Source: Candidatus Cloacimonadales bacterium
GTDB taxonomy: Bacteria; Cloacimonadota; Cloacimonadia; Cloacimonadales; JAFGVF01
DNA: 64,000 nucleotides
Direction: 5' to 3'
Assembly (NCBI GenBank): GCA_963667035.1
Contig: OY762964.1
Location: 288,001 to 352,000 of the forward strand
Shown: positions 44,513-53,637 of the stretch, in pieces
Numbering within the stretch: position 1 is the stretch's first letter
How the letters are laid out: the number at the start of each line of letters is the position of its first letter
Program-made: the position numbers and the translations under genes
The notes under the pieces: generated by a model
The model's database searches: none
What the model saw: only the letters and a program-made list of their open reading frames with translations
Told to the model about the DNA's origin: nothing

Positions 44513-47500
44513 TATTCTCCTCCCTTTTTATAAACAAGGTTCATATCAAGAATCAGGGCAGTTTGCTTTTTGCTACTCTCAACCTTAACCACTATCGAGT
44601 TAAGCTCACTATTGAAACCGGCAGGATCAATGTCAACAGGGTTTGAGAAGATTGCATTATTCTCTTCATCAGTAAATGCTTCTATCTCCTCCGATATCAT
44701 TATGCCATTTAACCAGATAGTTGCCTTTTCAACAGCAGCAAATTTCAAACTTGCTTTTATAACTTCTTGGTATCCTATGAAGTCCTTCTTAAAGTATTTC
44801 ACATAAGTTTTTGTTTCTTCGGTAGGAATTTCTTCTATTGCCAGGCTATCAGTTAGAGTTGTATCTGAAACAGCAATCTCAGTAATTTCTTCTCTAACAA
44901 TTGTGCTATCTATCTCTGCTTTTTGCATAACAGTACTAGTAGCATATATCCATCTGGCAGATGTAGACTCCATATCATAAATCTTATCAGTAGGATATAT
45001 CTGTTCGAATGATTCAACGGCAATCCATTCACTATTAGCGGTACTCATAGAATCTGACGGAATATAAATATCTGACATTTTCCATTCACTACCTGATATA
45101 ATCTTATCTTCAGCAGTTGTTCTATGATAATTTAAGGTTTCGCTGTCAAAGGCAACTTGCATATTTAATGCCAATACAGCTGTTGTATCTGAGATATTGT
45201 CTGCTTTAACCTCGAACTTATTAGTTCCTTCTTTTAACATTGAATAATCAATTTTATATAGATAGTGAGGTGTTATCTGATTGTTAATTGTTAAAGAATC
45301 AACAAAAACAGGTAGTTGCTTAACTATCGTATCATTAACCCAGAACTTAATGTTTGCAGTATCAGGATAAGCAAATTGAATATAAGCTTTCGCAGGAAGA
45401 ATCTCTGCACTTGTAGTGCAACTTGCAAAGACACTGTTGTAAGGTCTTATCTCAAAACCACTCAATACTAGATTTCGAGGTGTTACAAATTGGCTAATCT
45501 CATTATAACTTTTTGTTGGTACATAGAGTGAATCAGGTGATTCTAAAAGATTGTTCTCAACAAACCATGATGTATCAGGGGGCATGTCATTAACATCAAG
45601 TTGTGGTACTAAATCTGCAATCTTAGGCATCATCGTTTCAATATTCTTATCTGTATAACCTGTGCCATCAACAAAGAAGTTGTACAAATTGAGGTATCTC
45701 TTTCTTGATTCTTCGCGATATAGCTCTACAAAGCTATCTGTCATTGGTTTCAATTGAAGCTCAATAACATTATCAACTTGGTCTTTTCCTGACGCTTGTT
45801 TAAGATTGTAAATTTCATTAGATTGAGTGAAGTAGAATTCCATTCTGCGATCAACAACTTTTGCTGCATGTTCCCAAATCTCTCCTGATATATATAGCAA
45901 CCTTACTTTTCTAGGAATATCAATATTCCATTCAGCAGCTTCTTGAAGAAGCTTTACCAACTCGCCTTCTTTTTTGGAGGCTAATTGATAAACATATTGA
46001 ATTCTGTTATTATCTTTAGAAACTGTTTGATTAGTTTTATTTAATACATGAGTTCTAAACTTAGTGTTATGATTAACTCTAAAAATATCTTTGTCATTTG
46101 CGTTTAGCCATGAATTTCTAAGGTTAGTAAGACGTTTATCATAGCTAGCAAGAAAATCTGCTCTGTCTTTTAGATATTGCTGATATTCCTGCCATGCTTT
46201 GTATTCCGCAGCATAGTAATCGAACCATTTATTAATCTCAGGCATAATCTCAGTGAGGTTGACGCCTTTCTTGGAATAATAACTTTCAAGTTTTCTTACT
46301 TCATCAATTTTAGCATTCATGCTATCCCAGTCTTCGGACTTAAAGGCAACATCGGCTTCCTTAACAACCTTATCAATCTTCTGAAATGCTATTGCACTAT
46401 ATAAATCGACAGAAGGATCTTTTTCATAGATGTAATGAGCAATCTGTTCATACTTATCCTTATCAGTATCATAGTAGGCTTTTGCTATAAACTTCAAATA
46501 ATCCATAGAACTTGGATCATCAGGATAAATTTTTTCGAATTTACTCATTAACGAAATCAAAGTATCTTGATTCGCTGTTTCATCTTGAAGGTAAATATTG
46601 ATAGCCATTTTATAGATATCTTCTGTTTTATTTTCACCAATGTCTATTTTGCCATTCTTAGCAGTGTTATGTAGTTCTAAATATCCTGCAGCTGCATCAT
46701 ATTTATATGTACCTGAGTTTTCTTTTTCCTTTAACTGATTAAGGATTATAGTAAAAGACTCATTGGATTCAGGGAACTTTGAGACAAATCTATTTTGAAT
46801 AGATATTACTTGTGTTGTATCTGACAAAACAGTATCAGCTATAGCCCAAGCGTTGTAATATAATGAATGAATATCTTTAAGCTCGGTTTTAAACTCAGCA
46901 TTCTCTAATAGTATATCAATAGAATTCTGATAATCTCCACCTTTAAAGAATAGCTGACGTGCCTTATCCCTTAAATCATAAACCCTATCTTTGTCTGTTT
47001 TAGGGTCGAACTTAGATGCTAATCTAAGCTGTTCATTAGCCGCTGTTATATAATCTGCAGTATCAGCTAATCTGTCTACATTCTTGTTAATTTGAGCTAA
47101 GTAGCTTTGTTTAAGCTCTTTCTGGTCTTCTTCATCATTAGCATACTTTTGAGCTTCAGCATAATACCCCTCTGATTGGTTGAACTCAGACTTCTTCTCG
47201 TGTAATTGAGCCAAAAGCACGTAGATATCTCTAGTTCTAACCTTCTCATTCTGATATTTCAATAGTTCATTTAAATCAGCTACAACCATATCGTCATTTT
47301 CAAGCTCTCTATTTATAATACTTCTGTTCCAAAGAATACTCTTTATCACATTGTCTTGTTCAGGAGTATAGAACTCATTGCTTGTTATGACTTCATAAAA
47401 TCTACTTGCCCCGGCAACATATAAGCTATCGAGATAAGACTTTGTAATCTCAATATTGTTAATTTCGTCGAAGTAAGTCGAATCTGCTACTATTGGACTA

Positions 47501-48996
47501 AGCTTGTTATAGGCATAATCGGTTGCTGAAAAAAGCATATATTCTTTTTCATAGCTAACAGTAGTATCTGATGAAGCTGCTTCTTGTGTTAGGATAAGAT
47601 TCTGTGTAAAAAGGTAGTATTCAGTTTGACCAGTATTCTCAGCCAAGTTGAAACCAAAATTTATCATCTTATCACTTTTGTCTGTTAACCAAGCAATGCC
47701 TGCCTCATCTTTAAATTCAGGAATTTCAGCATAGGCATTGATCAAATCAATATAGCGTTTATAGTTTTCGACAGATGCTTGATTAATGAGGTCATTACTA
47801 TAGAATGTTTCAAGTCTTTCAAACTTATTTCTTACGGAGTTGAAATAGCTCATGAATTCATGATTGTTTCTATTAGCATTGTACCAATCAGAGTTATAGC
47901 CATAAGATGAAATAGCGTATAATGATTTCTCCTTAACAACATCTCTATATTCTTTACCATCCCTAATGTAGCTGGCATAAGTTGAATATAAATCCAATAC
48001 TGAATCAATATAAGTAGGATTGCTGATATTTAATGAATCCAAGCTAATACGAGCAAAATAGTAATCGCCTGCTTGCATAGGAGCATTCAAATCGAGTTTA
48101 AGATTAATAACTTCGTCAAAGATGCGTTGATTTATTGAAAGGGTAAAAAGAGATGCATAATTGTTTATAAAGGCATCTGCTGATTTAGCATAATCTAAAT
48201 AATTAGTACTATCTATACCCACCAAAGAGTAAGCAACATTCTCAACCGCAAAATCATGATAATAGAGTTTTGTATAGTCTCTGTCGTCTTTTAAGATTGA
48301 TGCAAAGTCAGTGATAGCATTATCCCAATCGGACATTTGGTAATATGCCCATGCTCTTTGGAATAAAGCATCTGTTTTCATGTTACTAATTTCATCATCA
48401 CGATTAATCAATATCGAAAGAAAAGCTGCTGATTTCTTGTAGTAATTTAAAGGGATTTCAGCATTCGTGGCTATATCTGAGAATATAAGTGCAAGTTTGA
48501 ATATGCTTTCATCATAATAATCCGTATAACTGTACTCTTCAATAACTTTTGCATAAAAGTCCTTGGCTTCGGAAAACACTTCATTTGAGTATTTTAAAGA
48601 GTCTGGCCAAGTAACAAAAGTCGGATTAGCTTCTTCATATAATGGTCTGCCATCATCAATCCTATCTTTTGCCATTTTATAACTGTAATATGCGATATTG
48701 TATAAGATAATCTCTTTGTCATAGAAATTAGGATCCGCCTCAAGTACTTTCTTATACCAATTTAAAGTAATGGAGGGGGTCTCACGGTATAAGCTCGAGC
48801 TTATCTCTGCTAAGTTATAATACAACTTAGGAAGATTAGGACTATTAGGATTATCTAGAATAAACTGTTGTGTTTGTCTATAAATATCCGCTTTATAATT
48901 CTGAACCTCTTCAAATTGATCTTTAAGACTTTTTTGTCCCCACAACCCACTTAATGCAAGTAAAAATAAAATAATAACAACACTACATTTTTTCAT
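44512..48996 (-). CDS. 1494-aa exported TPR protein with C-terminal jelly-roll domains (GltD-like position)
   Basis: Signal peptide; TPR-like helices (YYNLAE, LYNIAY, IFKLA, LFQRAWAYY, FV.KFPES); beta-rich C-terminal region of about 350 aa. Confidence 0.8.
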   Translation of the reverse strand: MKKCSVVIILFLLALSGLWGQKSLKDQFEEVQNYKADIYRQTQQFILDNPNSPNLPKLYYNLAEISSSLYRETPSITLNWYKKVLEADPNFYDKEIILYNIAYYSYKMAKDRIDDGRPLYEEANPTFVTWPDSLKYSNEVFSEAKDFYAKVIEEYSYTDYYDESIFKLALIFSDIATNAEIPLNYYKKSAAFLSILINRDDEISNMKTDALFQRAWAYYQMSDWDNAITDFASILKDDRDYTKLYYHDFAVENVAYSLVGIDSTNYLDYAKSADAFINNYASLFTLSINQRIFDEVINLKLDLNAPMQAGDYYFARISLDSLNISNPTYIDSVLDLYSTYASYIRDGKEYRDVVKEKSLYAISSYGYNSDWYNANRNNHEFMSYFNSVRNKFERLETFYSNDLINQASVENYKRYIDLINAYAEIPEFKDEAGIAWLTDKSDKMINFGFNLAENTGQTEYYLFTQNLILTQEAASSDTTVSYEKEYMLFSATDYAYNKLSPIVADSTYFDEINNIEITKSYLDSLYVAGASRFYEVITSNEFYTPEQDNVIKSILWNRSIINRELENDDMVVADLNELLKYQNEKVRTRDIYVLLAQLHEKKSEFNQSEGYYAEAQKYANDEEDQKELKQSYLAQINKNVDRLADTADYITAANEQLRLASKFDPKTDKDRVYDLRDKARQLFFKGGDYQNSIDILLENAEFKTELKDIHSLYYNAWAIADTVLSDTTQVISIQNRFVSKFPESNESFTIILNQLKEKENSGTYKYDAAAGYLELHNTAKNGKIDIGENKTEDIYKMAINIYLQDETANQDTLISLMSKFEKIYPDDPSSMDYLKFIAKAYYDTDKDKYEQIAHYIYEKDPSVDLYSAIAFQKIDKVVKEADVAFKSEDWDSMNAKIDEVRKLESYYSKKGVNLTEIMPEINKWFDYYAAEYKAWQEYQQYLKDRADFLASYDKRLTNLRNSWLNANDKDIFRVNHNTKFRTHVLNKTNQTVSKDNNRIQYVYQLASKKEGELVKLLQEAAEWNIDIPRKVRLLYISGEIWEHAAKVVDRRMEFYFTQSNEIYNLKQASGKDQVDNVIELQLKPMTDSFVELYREESRKRYLNLYNFFVDGTGYTDKNIETMMPKIADLVPQLDVNDMPPDTSWFVENNLLESPDSLYVPTKSYNEISQFVTPRNLVLSGFEIRPYNSVFASCTTSAEILPAKAYIQFAYPDTANIKFWVNDTIVKQLPVFVDSLTINNQITPHYLYKIDYSMLKEGTNKFEVKADNISDTTAVLALNMQVAFDSETLNYHRTTAEDKIISGSEWKMSDIYIPSDSMSTANSEWIAVESFEQIYPTDKIYDMESTSARWIYATSTVMQKAEIDSTIVREEITEIAVSDTTLTDSLAIEEIPTEETKTYVKYFKKDFIGYQEVIKASLKFAAVEKATIWLNGIMISEEIEAFTDEENNAIFSNPVDIDPAGFNSELNSIVVKVESSKKQTALILDMNLVYKKGGE

Positions 48997-48998
48997 GC

Positions 48999-51041
48999 CT
49001 ACTTGCCTCCCGGTGATGAGTTACTACTATTATCTCTTGCTTTTATAAAGGCATCATCTTGCTTGACTGTATCAATGTAAAGCAAGTCGATAATAGTATA
49101 ATCAAACTCTGATTTTACTCTATTTATGTCTGACCTAATATTTGCAACTACAGCGGTATGGTCATCAATAACCACATCCTGTTTAACAGCGTCCTTTTCA
49201 GTTCTTCTTAACAAGATTGCAGCTAAACGCTCATTAAAGCTTTCAGCAACGAATTTACGAATTTCGAGAAGGTCCTGTCTATCCTCTAAGAGGCTGTTTA
49301 GCTCAGTTTCAAGTTCATTAGCTGTTTCTTTGTTAATCCAGTAATCACTGTAACGTAATTCCATTTCATTTTCAAGATTAGCAATGCTCTTGTGCAAATC
49401 CAAAATATATTGGTCAATAGATTCAATCTTAGCTTGATTATCTTTAGTTCTAATAAGGTCTTTAACATTTCCCCACATTTGAATCATTTTCTTAGATTCA
49501 TATATTTCACTTGCTACTGACAAAGCAATGTTGAGATCATTTTGAGATACAGTTTCCATATCCAAAAGGAATCTCTTAGCCAAAGCAAGAACGTACAGTT
49601 GATCTGTATATAAAATGACATCGTCAACCATAGATACTCTGCTGTCATTAGGTTGTTCACCAAGAACATGCAAATGCAACACTTCTTCAACTATACTATT
49701 TACTGAGTCAATATAATCATTTTCCATTGTCCAAAGTTCACGAAGCTTTTCCTCGTCTGCACCTGATGCTGTTGTGAGCATCTTTTCTGAAGCTAGAGAT
49801 ATCTTATCTTCTGCACTTTGGATTTTTGTTATTAAATCAAGTTTTTCTTCTTTTGACTCTGCATCGAAAAGTTGCATTTTTAAGTTTTGCAGCTCTTCCA
49901 CTTTCTTATGTTTAGCAATAAGAATATCTAGATATAGATTGGCGAAATCCATTGCTGAATCAACAATCTCTTTTTGCTCACTAAGTGATTTATCCTTATA
50001 ATCCATAGTTGCAAGGAGGTAAACACATGCAGTATAATATTCATTATTAAATGGGTTAGCCTGAATATCTTCCAGTAACGCTTTAGCCATTTCCAAATCA
50101 CCGTTATTCATATTCATTACAGCGATTTCGAATTTAACTTCAGCAGTCATCTTGCCTGTTACACTAACTATAGAGTTGTATTGAGAATAGTACTTAGTTG
50201 CACTCTCAATATCACCTCTTTGAGCTTGGATACGGGCAATACTCAATGGTATATATTCATAATAAGGAGTATTTACCGGGTATGCTTGCATAAGGAGTAA
50301 AAATGACTCTAAACCTGCTTCAAGTGGCTCTGTAAATGATGAAATCAAGGCGATCATAAACTGTGACCTAAAGCCAAAAGTCTGATCTTCTGTTAAGGTT
50401 TCAAATACATTAACTGCATCTATGTACTTATTCTCATTGTATAAAGTTTGCCCATACCAATAATCTTGTGAACTAGATTTATCCCAGACATATTCCTCGT
50501 ATGATTTGAGGAATTTCTCATTCTGCCCACTCTTAATATAAATATTCTGCAAAGTATAATTTGCAGATTTATATTTAGAAGATGCAGGATACTTATTTAT
50601 CAGATTCTCAAGTTTGGTTTGAGCTCTAGAATAGTCTTTTTTCTGGAAATCAATCAGGGCTCCATAGAAAAGGAATTCATCGTTGACAGCACTTGTACTC
50701 TTGTAAGCAAGCTTTAAATCTTCAAGTAGCAAAATTGTCTTAGACAAATCCTTCTCAACCAAGCTGCTTTTCAAAGTAGACTCATCTTCTTTGAAAAGCT
50801 CTTTTATCTGGTCATAAAGCCCTTGTTTCTCTAGGTTCTTAACTTGACGTTTTCTTAAGGCTACGGTTCTTAATTGATCTATCTGATCTTCCAAATCAAC
50901 TACATCACTAAGTTCGTCCTTAATAATCTGAACCCTATCAGACTGTTCTAAACCGTTCCACTGGTTCTCACTAATCTCAGCATACGCTAAAACGCTCAGG
51001 TACAATGAAATCAATAAGAAAAGATATGATATCTTTCTCAT
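48999..51041 (-). CDS. exported TPR and coiled-coil protein (GltC-like position)
   Basis: Signal peptide; TPR segments (FLFYGALIDFQKKDY..A...LE.LI.KYP.S, YWYGQTLY) followed by long coiled-coil helices. Confidence 0.75.
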   Translation of the reverse strand: MRKISYLFLLISLYLSVLAYAEISENQWNGLEQSDRVQIIKDELSDVVDLEDQIDQLRTVALRKRQVKNLEKQGLYDQIKELFKEDESTLKSSLVEKDLSKTILLLEDLKLAYKSTSAVNDEFLFYGALIDFQKKDYSRAQTKLENLINKYPASSKYKSANYTLQNIYIKSGQNEKFLKSYEEYVWDKSSSQDYWYGQTLYNENKYIDAVNVFETLTEDQTFGFRSQFMIALISSFTEPLEAGLESFLLLMQAYPVNTPYYEYIPLSIARIQAQRGDIESATKYYSQYNSIVSVTGKMTAEVKFEIAVMNMNNGDLEMAKALLEDIQANPFNNEYYTACVYLLATMDYKDKSLSEQKEIVDSAMDFANLYLDILIAKHKKVEELQNLKMQLFDAESKEEKLDLITKIQSAEDKISLASEKMLTTASGADEEKLRELWTMENDYIDSVNSIVEEVLHLHVLGEQPNDSRVSMVDDVILYTDQLYVLALAKRFLLDMETVSQNDLNIALSVASEIYESKKMIQMWGNVKDLIRTKDNQAKIESIDQYILDLHKSIANLENEMELRYSDYWINKETANELETELNSLLEDRQDLLEIRKFVAESFNERLAAILLRRTEKDAVKQDVVIDDHTAVVANIRSDINRVKSEFDYTIIDLLYIDTVKQDDAFIKARDNSSNSSPGGK

Positions 51042-51074
51042 TACTTCCTACTTAAAAAGTTGAGAGTGGTTAAT

Positions 51075-52055
51075 TTATTCAGACTCTTCGAGAATTCTTC
51101 TGATATCTTCAAGTTCCTGTTGAGCCTTTTGTCTTCTTTCTCTAATTGCTCTTAACTCTTGAAGAAGATCGTCTGTTTCTCCTAACTGGTCTTGATTTGT
51201 AATAACTCTAGTTCCTCTGATAGCATCTTTGTTGCTACCTGCAATCCTTGGTTGCTTGGATTCTTTTACATAGTCGTTAAATGTATAAGAAAGAGCAAAA
51301 GTGAAATTCAGTTTATCATATGAATCATCACCTTTGAAATATTCATCTAACTCAGTAAATGCCATTCTAAGAGCAAAATCATTATAATTTAAATCTATTC
51401 CGGCATTAACCATGGATCCATCAACTTCACCGATTACACCAAACCACTTATTAGGGCGGAAAAGAACAGAAGCGAATAACCCGCTGAAATCTGATGATAA
51501 ATCACCGACTCCTTGATATTTTTGCTTTGAACCGATACCTAATGAAGCTACAGTCTCAATGTAACTAAATACAGGTAAACCACGAATTACGGTTGACTTG
51601 GTAGCAACAGCATAGAATGCGTTCTTCTCGAAATATCTTGAATAATAGCCGTACTTATCTACGTCTCTATTGGGTGCGTCACCAGAGTCTGCATCACGTC
51701 CAATAGGTGAGCCGATATTATCCATACCGAAAGATACTGCAGGAAACTTTACTGTTTCTTCAAAAACTTTAACCTTTGCATTAGCAAAGGCTAGTCCGTC
51801 ACAGTCATCTGTGTATACAACTCCTACTTCAATTCTGTCCCAAAGACCGCCTGAAATCGCACCTACAAGCTTACTTTCAAGTTTGCCGTTACCGTCGTCA
51901 CGTGTGTAAGTAGCAAAAGTTCCGGTAAATTCTGTGTGAGGCACTACATAGCCATTTGGTGTTCTAATAGCTGAGCCTAAAGATGTAAACGGTGCTGCTA
52001 TCAGTGAACAGATGAAAAGCATTACAAATACAATAAGGTAAATTTTCTTCATCAA
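51075..52055 (-). CDS. YjbH-like outer-membrane beta-barrel protein with C-terminal coiled coil
   Basis: Signal peptide, IRTPNGY N-terminal motif, amphipathic strands (RIEVGVVY, ANAKVKVF, PAVSFGMD, NAGIDLNY, FALSYTF) and a charged helical tail. Confidence 0.7.
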   Translation of the reverse strand: MMKKIYLIVFVMLFICSLIAAPFTSLGSAIRTPNGYVVPHTEFTGTFATYTRDDGNGKLESKLVGAISGGLWDRIEVGVVYTDDCDGLAFANAKVKVFEETVKFPAVSFGMDNIGSPIGRDADSGDAPNRDVDKYGYYSRYFEKNAFYAVATKSTVIRGLPVFSYIETVASLGIGSKQKYQGVGDLSSDFSGLFASVLFRPNKWFGVIGEVDGSMVNAGIDLNYNDFALRMAFTELDEYFKGDDSYDKLNFTFALSYTFNDYVKESKQPRIAGSNKDAIRGTRVITNQDQLGETDDLLQELRAIRERRQKAQQELEDIRRILEESE

Positions 52056-52119
52056 TTCCCCCTCCTAGGGATTATTTTTTTTCCATATTTAAATCAATAA
52101 ATTAGACTTTATCAGTAAT

Positions 52120-52147
52120 AAAATACAATTGACAATTATTTAGTCAA
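52120..52147 (-). promoter_or_regulatory. putative sigma70-type promoter for the 8-gene operon
   Basis: Minus strand TTGACT-16 nt-TATTTT, overlapping an opposing TTGACA (52129-52134) upstream of the YraN gene. Confidence 0.4.
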
Positions 52148-52173
52148 GGAATTTCTATAATACTGAGGTTAGT

Positions 52174-52542
52174 ATGAAAAATGATTTAGGCACCCAAGGA
52201 GAAATAGTTTCTCTTAAACATCTATCCCGCAAAGGATACCAAATAATTTTCAAGAACTTCCATTCACGTTATGGGGAGATAGACTTGATTGCAAAGAAAG
52301 GAACGTTGTTGGCGTTTGTTGAAGTAAAAACTCGCACCAATACCCCTTTTTATCAAATACAAACGGCTATCTCCAGAGCTAAGCAAAATAAAATATCTTT
52401 AACAGTTATGGAATTCCTGAATTGCTATCCGCAATACGAAAACTCAGAAATTCGTCTAGATATGATACTTTGCAATTATATCTCAATGTCAAATGAATTC
52501 TCGGTTAAGCATATTGAGAATGCTTTTGATTTAACATTCTAA
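52174..52542 (+). CDS. YraN family (UPF0102) PD-(D/E)XK protein
   Basis: G..GE...L...GY.I...N....GEIDLIA...FVEVKTR and RLD motifs. Confidence 0.92.
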   Translation: MKNDLGTQGEIVSLKHLSRKGYQIIFKNFHSRYGEIDLIAKKGTLLAFVEVKTRTNTPFYQIQTAISRAKQNKISLTVMEFLNCYPQYENSEIRLDMILCNYISMSNEFSVKHIENAFDLTF

Positions 52543-52989
52543 CTGTCTTTGAAATTATTCCAATTTAGCTAAACCTCAAATTAATGAGAACTAAGACAAT
52601 ATAGTGTGATTCAAAATTTGAGGCAAATTATAGTCAATATTTTTTTCTTTTTTCCATTTTTCCATTTCAATAACATCCTGCTCCAATTTTGTTTCTTGGG
52701 ATAAAAGTAAATATCTGTAATTCATATTTTGGGCTTGTTTTCAAACTCTTAATTAGTAATATGGAATCCACCTAAAATTAGATTCTTAACATCTGGGCTA
52801 ACGTGGAATATCTTATGCTGAGTTTGCTACTCTTTGCAGAAATCTATACTAGAACTTCAAACTGAATGTGTTATATTCTGAAGCCGAATTAAGTTTATCT
52901 GTATGAACGAAATTAAAACTGATGCAATCTTTTAAGCTTGACATCCAAGTAGAGGGAGCGAGTTAAGTTAAAGTCAGAGGTTAGACATA

Positions 52990-53637
52990 ATGCTAAACAA
53001 TGATAAATATAAACTACCTGATATTGATTTGTTACAATCCGATATTGTCGGATTAAGCTTTCTTGTATGGCGACCGGATAACTACTATGCTGTTCTTGGA
53101 GCTTCAAATAACCCCGAGACAAGTTTACATCAAGATGCAATTTCCGAAGATGCAGTAATTGTTCAAAAAAGACCTAGTGGTGGAGAGTCGGTACTTCTTA
53201 CTCCAAACACTCTAGTTGTTTCATTTAACCTTCATACAAAACAAAAGGTTAACCCTAAAGCATTCTTTGCCTATGTCAATCTTACTATCATAGCAACGCT
53301 AGAGAATATCGGTTTTGGAGATCTCTCGGTAAAGGGAGTATCGGATATTTGCATAGGTGACAAGAAAATTTTAGGTTGTTCTATATATAAAAACACTTAT
53401 GGTATTTTGTATCAATCGGTGCTTAATGTCTGCGAAGATCCTGCTTTATTCAGTAAATATTTGAAACATCCTGAGAGAGAACCAGATTATAGAAAAGGAA
53501 GAAATCACGAAGAATTTGTAACTTCGCTTAAAACAGTTAATCCGAAGACGGATATAGAAACTATTGAAAATGAGATTCGCTCGGTAATAGATTTGCTAAT
53601 AAAAGATTTCAATATGGAGGATATAAATGCAATATAG
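52990..53637 (+). CDS. lipoate-protein ligase family (catalytic domain only)
   Basis: KRPSGGESV, G.SDI..GDKKILG and YL.HP.REPDYRKGR.H.EFVT motifs. Confidence 0.8.
   Translation: MLNNDKYKLPDIDLLQSDIVGLSFLVWRPDNYYAVLGASNNPETSLHQDAISEDAVIVQKRPSGGESVLLTPNTLVVSFNLHTKQKVNPKAFFAYVNLTIIATLENIGFGDLSVKGVSDICIGDKKILGCSIYKNTYGILYQSVLNVCEDPALFSKYLKHPEREPDYRKGRNHEEFVTSLKTVNPKTDIETIENEIRSVIDLLIKDFNMEDINAI

Noticed and set aside
52129..52147. TTGAC-N9-GTCAA palindrome as a transcription-factor operator
   Set aside because: More simply explained by two opposing -35 hexamers; the spacing does not match FNR/CRP sites.
52545..52910. Possible decayed minus-strand gene between the YraN and lipoate ligase genes
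   Set aside because: The frames I translated contain stops and no family motif is recognisable.
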